A stretch of 64,000 nt of DNA from positions 14,422-78,421 of the forward strand of contig JALNYN010000001.1 in the NCBI GenBank assembly GCA_023229825.1, read 5' to 3'. Position numbers and translations under genes: made by a program. The notes beneath the pieces are model-generated. The model was not told where the DNA came from. It worked only from the letters and a program-made list of their open reading frames with translations, and made no database searches. How positions within the stretch are numbered: position 1 is the first letter of the stretch; each line of letters starts with the position of its first letter. Below are positions 1-8,900 of this stretch, in pieces. The stretch comes from Minisyncoccota bacterium (GTDB lineage: Bacteria; Patescibacteriota; Minisyncoccia; Phycocordibacterales; CAIJYI01).

Positions 1-20
1 CCACAACCCGTTCGTCCGTC

Positions 21-76
21 GCCGGGCCGGGTCTCCGACCCCGTCCGAAACGTTTCGTCCGTAACTCGTCCGTCGG
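21..76. repeat. Family-A REP-like hairpin repeat (core GTCCGAAACGTTTCG plus stem GGGTCTCCGACCCC); reverse orientation of the copy at 28222-28268
   Basis: Sequence gggtctccgaccccgtccgaaacgtttcgtccgt recurs at 467-506 and as reverse complement at 28222-28268. Confidence 0.6.
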
Positions 77-96
77 ATTTTTCGACACCCTCGCAG

Positions 97-387
97 ATGC
101 CCACACTTACGTCCGTTGGAAGTGGAAAAGTATTAACGGACACTTCAAACACCGTGGGGATAACTAATGCCACTCCAAAGAAGCTGGAAAAAGAATCCCG
201 AAAAGAAACCATCATCAGCCTTATTCGGTCGAAGGGTCCGGGAGGTGAACTCTCAATCAAAGACATAACCGCGCACTTCACCGACTGCGGAGAAAAAACA
301 ATTCAAAGGGAGCTCGCCGCCTTGGTCGCAGAAAAAGTCCTAAAGAAAACCGGCGACCGAAGATGGAGCAAGTACTCCCTCGTCTAA
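97..387 (+). CDS. small hypothetical protein, possible winged-helix DNA-binding C-terminus
   Basis: 96-aa ORF; C-terminal segment ISLIRSKGPGGELSIKDITAHF..IQRELAALV resembles an HTH; no clear RBS; flanked by repeats. Confidence 0.4.
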   Translation: MPTLTSVGSGKVLTDTSNTVGITNATPKKLEKESRKETIISLIRSKGPGGELSIKDITAHFTDCGEKTIQRELAALVAEKVLKKTGDRRWSKYSLV

Positions 388-400
388 AGGACACAACGAA

Positions 401-533
401 GTATCAGGGAAAAGTATCAGTATCAGGACCGTTAACGAAATGCACCACAAGACCATTTCGCCGTACGCGGGTCTCCGACCCCGTCCGAAACGTTTTGTCC
501 GTCGTCCCCGATACTGATACTCTCCCCTGATAC
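401..533. mobile_element. MITE-like composite element: 27-bp terminal inverted repeats (family E, GTATCAGGGAAAAGTATCAGTATCAGG at 401-427 / inverted at 507-533) enclosing a family-A core (467-506)
   Basis: Direct reading of inverted termini; family-E termini recur at 17267-17298 and 59877-59911. Confidence 0.6.
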
Positions 534-766
534 TCGTTCGTTCTCCTTCATTTCTCCTTAACAAAACATCCCAAAAATGCACCTAAAGACCATTTAAATG
601 CGTATTTATCAATAGGTATTTGAGGGCGTCGCGTTCATTAAAACATCTTGACTTTCAACCTCGAAAATGCGATACTCTATGGTACTGCATTATGGGTTAG
701 TGCGGGCAGCTTGCAGGGTGTTAATTCATCCCGCTAAGTGGAAAAATAAATTTTTGAAATCTGAAT

Positions 767-830
767 TCGTCGTCGTCCCTCCTCCCTCTCTTTAGAGGGG
801 AGGATTGAGGTGGGGTGTCGTCGTATCGTC
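767..830. repeat. Family-D hairpin (CCTCCCTCTCTTTAGAGGGGAGG)
   Basis: Related hairpin CCCTCCCCTCTGAAGAGAGGGAGGG at 59773-59810. Confidence 0.5.
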
Positions 831-940
831 GCCGGACGCGGGTGAGGAATGGGATGGGACCCATTCCGTAAAACCTTCTTCTAATATTTTGTGAGGAACG
901 AAACAAAATATTGAAAAGGTGTACTGCTCCTGTAAGGAGG
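822..940. repeat. Family-F ~115-bp repeat, copy 1 (internal hairpins GGAATGGG..CCCATTCC and AATATTTTGT..ACAAAATATT)
   Basis: Near-identical (few mismatches) to 12716-12833; both copies immediately followed by a family-A unit. Confidence 0.7.
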
Positions 941-1012
941 GCGACCCCGTCCGAAACGTTTCGTCGCCACCCGTCATTCCGGCCCACGAGCCGGAATCCA
1001 CGTCTCGTCGCG
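938..1012. repeat. Family-A unit (938-967) abutting family-B unit (972-1012; CGTCATTCCGG..CCGGAATCCACG)
   Basis: Family B recurs at 13513-13589, 17301-17336, 17556-17638, 55523-55551. Confidence 0.6.
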
Positions 1013-1273
1013 CGGAACGAATCGCATCAAATTTTTCGCACCTCCAATGTGGAGAAACGAAAAATTCTTGCGCTTCAAAGAATTCAAAAATAATATTTCA
1101 TTCACAAGTTATCCACATTTTCTTTTGCAGTGTATTTACGCAAGTAATATAATTGAGTAGAAGGAAAGAAAGCTGTTTTTTTCTTGTATATGAAAGAAGG
1201 GAGAACATACCGAACGGTACGTTCGTTGACAACCAAATATCGCAAGATGGAAAAGAGACGAATGCGTTTCGTC

Positions 1274-1335
1274 ATAGGGGCTTGAAAATAAATAAACGAA
1301 TACGTTTATTTATGTTTATTTATTTTCAAGCCCCG
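1274..1335. repeat. AT-rich near-perfect palindrome (GGGGCTTGAAAATAAATAAACG..CGTTTATTTATTTTCAAGCCCC)
   Basis: Direct reading; a related shorter hairpin GAAAATAAATTTGAATTTATTTTC lies at 1495-1520. Confidence 0.5.
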
Positions 1336-1593
1336 AGCGCATGTCTCTTTGATACTGAAACTGCGGAGAGTCCGCCAAAATTGACGGCACGCGCTTAGCC
1401 TTGGTCGGGGCGAAGCGATGCTTTAAAAAAATGTAACGACAAAATCGTTTCGGATGTTTAGGAGTCGAAACTAATCATCCGAAATGAAAGGGCGTGAAAA
1501 TAAATTTGAATTTATTTTCAAGTTCTTAGCGAGTGGAGTTTTGTAAATAGTTTTACCAGAATTTTATTCGCAATAATAATTAATAAGTATTTC

Positions 1594-4500
1594 ATGAGTA
1601 AATATAACAAAGTGATCGCAGGCTTCGTGGGTTTTGCAACCGCTGTTACCATGTCGTTCGGAACGGCATCGGCAGCAACGAATGAAGAACTCCAAGCTCA
1701 GATCTCAGCTTTGCTCGCGCAAATCACAAGTTTGCAGGCACAGCTTGGTACAGCACAGACAGGAACAGGAACAACCGTTGGAGCATACACCTTCGCTATG
1801 GACCTCACATTGGGATCCACCGGCGCTGATGTTTTGAATCTCCAAAAAGTTCTCAATAGCGATTCTGCTACGCAGGTCGCGACGACTGGAGCCGGCGCAC
1901 CGGGAAGTGAATCCACTTACTTCGGAGCGAAGACGAAAGCCGCAGTTATGAAATTCCAGACCAAGCATGGAATCGCCCCGGTCGCCGGATACGTTGGTCC
2001 TAAGACCAGAGCTATCCTCAACACCTTGGGAGGTACCACCACTGGCGGAAACACCGGCGGAGTAGTTACTCCGGTCGGAACCGATGTCAGCGTTGCGTTG
2101 TCCTTCGACAACCCGGCTGCCGGCACCGTCATCGCCGGACAAGCGATCGCCGACTTGGCACACTTCACATTCTCCAACCCGACAGGCACGGAGGTGAAAG
2201 TTACCAAATTGGTTTTTAACCGCACCGGTATTTCCAATGACTCAACTCTCGTAAATGTCTATCTCTTTGATGGAGCCAAGAGAGTTACTGATTCTGCTTC
2301 AGTTGCCTCGAGTAAGATCACCTTCAACGATCCAACCGGAATCTTCACGATTCCTGCCGGTGGCATGAAGACAGTAGCCCTCAGAGCTGATATCGTTTCT
2401 ACTGCTACTGGTCAGATCGTCGGTATAGCACTTGCGGAAGTTACTGCAACAGCTACCGTAGGCGGCGCATTCCCTATTCTTGGAAATAATCATTCCATAG
2501 CGACCGCGTCAATGGCTGTAGTCGATTTCAGTGATACAACAACTCCGAGTGGAACGAATGTCGCGGTTGATCCTCAGACGGATTACACCATGTGGCAAAA
2601 TACTGTTAGCTTCACCACTCGAGCTGTTGATATGAAAGGTATCTCTTTCCGACAGATCGGATCTGTCGCTACTGCTGATCTCGGAAACTTCAAACTCTTC
2701 ATTGATGGTACCCAGGTTGGAACCACTGTTGCATCTTTGGATGCGAACGGATATGTTAATTTCGACCTCACAGCTACCCCAAAGAGATTGGCAACCGGTA
2801 GCCACACCATTAAATTGGTTGGCGACATCATTGGCGGTTCAACAAGAACTTTCAGCTTCTCTCTCCAACAGGCGAGCGATGCCGTTTTTGTAGATTCACA
2901 ACTTGGTCAGCCGATATTGATCAAGAAAGCTGCCACTACTTTCTCGGCTGAGGATTCCGGTTCTCATCTCGTGAATGCTGGTACTTTGACTATCACCAAG
3001 AAAACAGATTCCCCGACAGGAAATATTACTTTGACCGCAAGCAACGCGCTTTTGGCAAAGTATGAGGTTAAGGCTGCCGGTGAACCGATCAAAGTTGAGA
3101 ATTTGAGAGTAGGTATCGTTCAGAGCACCGAAGGTACTTACACCGACTACTCTTTGAGAAACGGTTCATTATTCATTCTCAAAGCTGATGGTACTGAAGA
3201 GCAGGTAGGCAATACCGCCTCTATCGCGGGAAACAGCTCTGCTACCGTTGGATACACTCAATTTAACCTTGGTTCTTCTTTGGTTGTATATCCTGGAACT
3301 CCGGTTATTTTGTTGGTTCGAGCCGACATCTATAATGATGCTGGCACAACAAATGCGACGGCAATTGCAGCAACGGAAACTCTGCAGGTAAGAATTCTCA
3401 CCGGTTCTAACAACTGGAAGAGAGTAAATTCTTTGACCTACGATTCTAACACCACACAGTTAGCAAATGAACTGACTGTAACCGCAGGAAACTTCACCGT
3501 TTCTGCAAGCTCAGCCTATGCGAATCGTGCGGTCGTGAAGCCTCAGACTGCTTACAAATTGGCTTCCTTCAATGTTGTTTCAACTGAGACCGAGCCGATC
3601 AATCTCGATACGTTCACGATGACATTCACAGGAAGCTCTGTTGGTGTTGCCACTGGTCTTTCTGATGTATACGTCAAGTATGGTACTAAGACCACAAGCG
3701 TAAAATCCACGGTTGCAAGTACTACTTCGTCATACAGTATCAGCGAAGTACTCGCTCCGAATACCACAATGCCAGTAGAGGTTTGGGGTAATCTGACCTC
3801 ATCTCTCGCGACAGATAACACAATTATCACTGGAGTCACCATATCTGGAACCACCGCAAATTCTGCAACAGCGCGATCTTCTTCTGCGACAGGACAAACT
3901 TTGACGATTTCCGCAGGATCAATTTCCGCCGCTGTTGTGAGTGATTCTACTCTCGCAACGAAGCTCTTGGTTGGAAATACACAGCCGAAAGTTGCATCTT
4001 TCCGCTTCACTGCGCTTAATGACACTTACACGATCACCGACATTGCGCTCAAAGCAAGTACAACCGGAAATGCTATCACCAGCTTGGTCTTGAAATCAGC
4101 CGGTATGGCAGACAAGATCGTATTCTTGGGAACCGCTAACGGAGATGATAGCGTTGCTACATCTTCCGGTATGACGCTCTCAGTTCCTGCCAACAATACT
4201 ACTGGAACAGTAGTCGATGTTTATCTGAACTTGAACGATATCGGACCGAACGCAGGAACCACTGGTTCTAATGTTCGCGTTACAATCGATACCTATAAAG
4301 CGCAAACATCGGCCGGATCGACCGAAACCAAGCCTACCGATATTTACGGTAACTTGATGTATGTCTACAAATCCATCCCGACGATTACTTTGGTTAACCT
4401 TCCGTCAACAACTTTGACGAACGGAACCAAGACCCTCTCCAAATTCACCATCGCGGCTGACGCTGCCGGTGCCATTGGATGGAAACAGATCGTTTGGCAG

Positions 4501-4944
4501 GTTACCAAATCAGCTGCAGTTACTCTCGCGAGAACGGGCGTCTCACTGGTAGATAGCAACAACAACACTATCGCCGGAACGTTCGCGACCTCGACAGCTA
4601 CGCAGGCTGGAACACTTATGTTTGACACGGATGCAACCACCGGATACATCTCATTCATCGCTACTGATGAGCAGCCGATCTCCACAACGGAGACCTACAG
4701 CTTGAAGGGTACTATCGCTGGAACCGCTTCCAATCTTTCGTTTGGAACCTACATCGATACGTCTTCTTCATACGCTGCGGCGGATGCGTACTTGGACATT
4801 GATAGTGCTGTGCATGATGGACTCGTTGACTTCATCTGGACTGATCGCTCAGCGAACAGCCACGACACCACCACCAATGACTGGAACACAGATTACAAGA
4901 TCAAGAATCTCTCGACTGACACCCAGACGATGACGGGTGCCTAA
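1594..4944 (+). CDS. giant cell-surface protein: N-terminal signal/TM, coiled coil, peptidoglycan-binding domain (PG_binding_1-like), then long Thr/Ser/Gly-rich Ig-like repeat region
   Basis: 1116-aa ORF; the motif LNLQKVLNSD...YFGAKTKAAVMKFQTKHGIAPVAGYVGPKTRAIL is typical of PG_binding_1; low-complexity beta-rich remainder. Confidence 0.85.
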   Translation: MSKYNKVIAGFVGFATAVTMSFGTASAATNEELQAQISALLAQITSLQAQLGTAQTGTGTTVGAYTFAMDLTLGSTGADVLNLQKVLNSDSATQVATTGAGAPGSESTYFGAKTKAAVMKFQTKHGIAPVAGYVGPKTRAILNTLGGTTTGGNTGGVVTPVGTDVSVALSFDNPAAGTVIAGQAIADLAHFTFSNPTGTEVKVTKLVFNRTGISNDSTLVNVYLFDGAKRVTDSASVASSKITFNDPTGIFTIPAGGMKTVALRADIVSTATGQIVGIALAEVTATATVGGAFPILGNNHSIATASMAVVDFSDTTTPSGTNVAVDPQTDYTMWQNTVSFTTRAVDMKGISFRQIGSVATADLGNFKLFIDGTQVGTTVASLDANGYVNFDLTATPKRLATGSHTIKLVGDIIGGSTRTFSFSLQQASDAVFVDSQLGQPILIKKAATTFSAEDSGSHLVNAGTLTITKKTDSPTGNITLTASNALLAKYEVKAAGEPIKVENLRVGIVQSTEGTYTDYSLRNGSLFILKADGTEEQVGNTASIAGNSSATVGYTQFNLGSSLVVYPGTPVILLVRADIYNDAGTTNATAIAATETLQVRILTGSNNWKRVNSLTYDSNTTQLANELTVTAGNFTVSASSAYANRAVVKPQTAYKLASFNVVSTETEPINLDTFTMTFTGSSVGVATGLSDVYVKYGTKTTSVKSTVASTTSSYSISEVLAPNTTMPVEVWGNLTSSLATDNTIITGVTISGTTANSATARSSSATGQTLTISAGSISAAVVSDSTLATKLLVGNTQPKVASFRFTALNDTYTITDIALKASTTGNAITSLVLKSAGMADKIVFLGTANGDDSVATSSGMTLSVPANNTTGTVVDVYLNLNDIGPNAGTTGSNVRVTIDTYKAQTSAGSTETKPTDIYGNLMYVYKSIPTITLVNLPSTTLTNGTKTLSKFTIAADAAGAIGWKQIVWQVTKSAAVTLARTGVSLVDSNNNTIAGTFATSTATQAGTLMFDTDATTGYISFIATDEQPISTTETYSLKGTIAGTASNLSFGTYIDTSSSYAAADAYLDIDSAVHDGLVDFIWTDRSANSHDTTTNDWNTDYKIKNLSTDTQTMTGA

Positions 4945-5077
4945 AAAACCATCTTGTGAGTTAGCAGAGCTAATTTTGGCAGCGTAAGTTGCCAGACCAG
5001 CGATACTAATTTGGTTCGCAAAACACCCCTTCGGATTCGTCCGTCGGGGTTTTTGCGTTGTGGTGGAGGAGGCGGTT

Positions 5078-5123
5078 CCCCTAGGGCGGTCCTCGGGAGG
5101 TTTCCCGAGGACCGCCCTAGGGG
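5078..5123. repeat. REP1 perfect palindrome (CCCCTAGGGCGGTCCTCGGGA-GGTT-TCCCGAGGACCGCCCTAGGGG) upstream of the RAYT gene
   Basis: Same family at 5826-5873 and 14401-14449. Confidence 0.8.
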
Positions 5124-5138
5124 AAAACGGAGCAATCG

Positions 5139-5155
5139 TGTATAATGCTTGAATG
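5139..5155 (+). promoter_or_regulatory. extended -10 (TGTATAAT) 6 nt upstream of the ATG: candidate leaderless promoter for the RAYT gene
   Basis: tgtataatgcttgaATG; no SD possible. Confidence 0.45.
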
Positions 5156-5848
5156 GAACGAAAATTTAATTTTAGCGTTGATGAGTACTATCATATTTAT
5201 AGCCGTGGAGTTGAGAAGCGTGAAATTTTTCTTGATAATGGAGATAAAGAAAGATTTTTACGTTTATTGTTCTTATCTAACTCAGGCAAACCATTTAATT
5301 TTAGAGAAGTTTCCGGAATTTCTTTTGAAAATATTTCTCGAGGAGAACCACGAACAGCCATAGGAGCTTTTTGCCTTATGCCCAATCATTTTCATCTACT
5401 ATTACGAGAAACCGAGGAGGGCGGAATAAGTGCATTTATCGGAAAACTTCTCACTGGCTATTCAATGTATTTTAATAAAAAATACAAACGAAAGGGTGTA
5501 GTTTTTGAAAGCCGTTTTCAGGCTCAGCACGTCGATAACGACAATTACCTCAAATATCTCTTTGCTTATATCCATCTCAATCCGGTAAAACTCATCGAAC
5601 CGGAATGGAAAGAGAAGGGAATCAAAGATCAGAAATTTGCCGAAGACTATCTGAATAAATATCGCTACAGTAGCTATGAAGATCATATGGGCACAGAAAG
5701 AGAAGAAGCCCTTATCCTCGACAAAGAGTCTTTCCCAGAATATTTCGAAAGATCCCGTGATTTCAAAGACTATGTAACGGATTGGCTCAATTATCGCGAC
5801 GAAGAGGAAGGCGGTGGCGACACTGTTCCCGAGGGCGGTCCTCGGTAA
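5153..5848 (+). CDS. REP-associated tyrosine transposase (RAYT / IS200-like Y1 HUH transposase)
   Basis: HUH motif NHFHLLL and the Y..YIHLNPVK motif, matching E. coli RayT (HMHCIW; YIYINPVKHG); flanked by REP1 palindromes; paralog at 61945-62655. Confidence 0.85.
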   Translation: MERKFNFSVDEYYHIYSRGVEKREIFLDNGDKERFLRLLFLSNSGKPFNFREVSGISFENISRGEPRTAIGAFCLMPNHFHLLLRETEEGGISAFIGKLLTGYSMYFNKKYKRKGVVFESRFQAQHVDNDNYLKYLFAYIHLNPVKLIEPEWKEKGIKDQKFAEDYLNKYRYSSYEDHMGTEREEALILDKESFPEYFERSRDFKDYVTDWLNYRDEEEGGGDTVPEGGPR

Positions 5849-5873
5849 AATTACCGAGGACCGCCCTCGGGAA
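5826..5873. repeat. REP1 palindrome overlapping the RAYT stop codon (TTCCCGAGGGCGGTCCTCGG-TAAAATTA-CCGAGGACCGCCCTCGGGAA)
   Basis: Direct reading; encodes the C-terminal PEGGPR and the stop. Confidence 0.8.
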
Positions 5874-5950
5874 CTCTAACCAACTTCACGTCATTTTTGC
5901 ATCTCTGTATAGTTTCTTTCCATTTTCTTTTTTGCTAGGATGGTGGCATC

Positions 5951-8900
5951 ATGAAAAAAATAATATTTCTCGCCACGGTGCTCTTTTTCGCACCTTCGTT
6001 CGTTTTTGCTGGAACTCCGGTCTGGGGTACTTTAAATTCCGATACCGTCTGGACGGCGGAAAGCGGTCCGTACCTTGTAGACTTCGCGATAGTCCCGGAA
6101 GGAGTAACACTTACAGTGGAAGAAGGAACCGTAGTTAAATTCACCGGACAGCGTTCAATGCTTGAAGTTTCCGGAAACCTTGTCGTTTCAGGGACTGAAT
6201 TGAGCCCCGTTGTTTTTACCTCCATAAATGACGATTCTGTCGGCGGCGATACCGGCACGGGAGCGAATGAGTGGGGAAACATTCTGATAAAGAACGGAGG
6301 AGTTGCGGAGATCGATCACACGATCGTTCGCTATGGCGGATGGACTGGATGGCTTTCTTCCGCCGCTCCGTCCAACATTTGGAACGACGGGGGAAACCTC
6401 ACCCTAACAAACTCGAAGATCAGCAATGCATGGACAGGCATAACGCATTCAGCGGGAAATACCGCGCTCACGGAAAACATATTCACGGAAAACCATATGG
6501 GAATTTCCGCGGGCGGAACGGGAAACGTCCGTTTCGATCATAATAATTTTTTTAATAATACCGGCAATGTGGCTTGGTTCGACCTCACTAACGGCGTCTC
6601 CCTTGCCCATTCGGATAATACCGCATGGGGAGGAACTCCGGGATTGGTTCTCGCAGGCGAGGCCGGCGCAGATTATGTTTTTGAGAAAGACGGAGCGCCA
6701 TACGTCATCGATCACTTCACGGTTCCCGCGGGAAAGACAGTAACATCGCGGCAGGGAACGGCATTTAAAATATTGAATCCCGTCAGCGAGATAAATATTT
6801 CCGGAACGTGGAACGCCGAAGGGACTTCGGATGAACCCGTTTACTTTACTTCCATTAAAGATGATACCGTTCTGGGAGATACCAACGGCGACGCCGATGC
6901 CACCAGCCCGGCTAAGAAAGATTGGGAAGGTATCATCATTTTACAAGATGGCAAAGCAAACTTCGATCATTCCGTTTTCCGCTATGGAGGATACAACGGC
7001 TGGCTGCAAAGCACTTATTCATCCAACATATCAAACAACGGAGGAGTTCTTATTATCTCCAATTCAGAAATTTCGCACGCCCCTATCGGGGTTAATCATG
7101 TTTTAGGGAATACCTCAATTTACGATAGCAATTTATCTGAAAATATTCAGGGAATAAATGCAATGGGAAAAGGAGTTATCGAAATCAAAAGGAATATTTT
7201 TGCAAACACAAGCTATGCGTGTTCTCTTAAATTATCAGAACTTTTGTTAACGAACGCCGGCAACAAAGTTCTTGGAAATGGATTCCGCGGTTTTAATATT
7301 GAAGGTACATTATCAACCAACCAAACATTAGCTAAAGATGTTCCATATATTGTTTCTACCATTACCATTCCTGCCGGAAAAATGCTCACGGTGCTTCCCG
7401 GAGCGGTAATTAAAATGAAGACTGCTTATGGCAGAATTACAGTTGATGGCGAGATTCAGGTCCTTGGAACAAAAGATGATCCGATATATTTTACATCAAT
7501 AAAGGACGACGAAGTCTACGGCGATACGAACGGCGACGGGAATGTTTCTTTTCCGCAACCCGGCAACTGGTCTGCGGTCGTCGTGCATCCGGGAGGAGCC
7601 GCAAACTTCGACCATGCGATCATCAAATACGGCGGATATTATTATTACGGTGATTCAATTCTCTACAATGACGGTGGAACCCTTTCCGTAAAGAACTCGC
7701 AAATCTCTTTCTCTCCCAGTTACGGAATTTATCACCGAAGCGGCTCGACCACCGTGAATTACAGCACGATACGAAACAACGGTTTCGGAGTATTCAATGC
7801 GGGATCCGAAAGTATCGACGCGACAAACAATTTCTGGGGCACCGCCGCCGGACCAAATCACAACGGTTTGCCGATCGAAGCGATTTTGAACGACAAGGTT
7901 TCGGATCAAGTAAATTATGCTCCGTGGCTTGATTATGATCCAATGGTAACGCTTCCGACATCAATAACGCTTACCAACGGCGGCGAAACGGAAAACGACG
8001 ATTTGCAAGATGGAAAAGGAGTGGCGGATAAAACTCAGTTTACGTTTTCTGTTGTTGCATCGGAAAATCTAGTGGACATAAAACTTGTAACCGATTCATC
8101 GGACGTCGGCATCAATCCGGGTCAATTCTTTTTGTACGCTTCAGGAACCGAAGGCGTTTACTCTCGCGCTCTTACCTTTCCGAAGGGACACTATCGCTAT
8201 CATTTTGAAGCGGGAGACGGAAACGGCGGCGTATATCGTTACCCGGAAGCAACCGAACTTGAATTTACAACCGGCTATTCAAACGTGGCGTTTTTGCCGG
8301 GGATCGAGGCATCGCGGCTGTACATAAATGGATATAAACAATGGGAGCCGCTCGGCGACAATGATGCCGAAGATCTTTTGATGAATAGCAACGGAAAAAG
8401 CGTAAAAGACAATATTTACACCAAAGATGTGATAAATAATGCTTACCTGCCGATAAAAGGGAATGTGTACCAGTCGTTTATTGAATCGATGAACGAATTA
8501 AAAAGCAGTCATATTATTACCGATTGGAAACCTCTCGCCTATGACTGGCGGTTGTCTTTTGGTGATGTTTTGAATAACGGGCAAATAATGAATGACGGAA
8601 TAAACTATACGCGAGAAATTTCTCCGCTTGATACGCCGAATATCATCGGCGAGATACATCGCCTTGCCGAAAGTTCCGACACGGGAAAAGTTACGATTGT
8701 TACGCATTCCATGGGAGGTCTCCTCGCAAAAAAACTCGCCATAAAACTCGGGGCGGATGCGCCGAAACTGTTGGATCAAATGATATTCGTCGCCTCTCCG
8801 CAGGCGGGGACGCCTCAAGCGATCGGCGCGCTTCTTCACGGTGCGGATGTCGCACTTCCACTGACCTCTTTGGATTACGGCATTTCTCCGAAAGAAGGAA

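Noticed and set aside
1109-1117. Origin of replication, suggested by a consensus DnaA box TTATCCACA (another single box is at 30012-30020)
   Set aside because: Only isolated boxes, no cluster, and no dnaA/dnaN in the window; insufficient for an oriC call.
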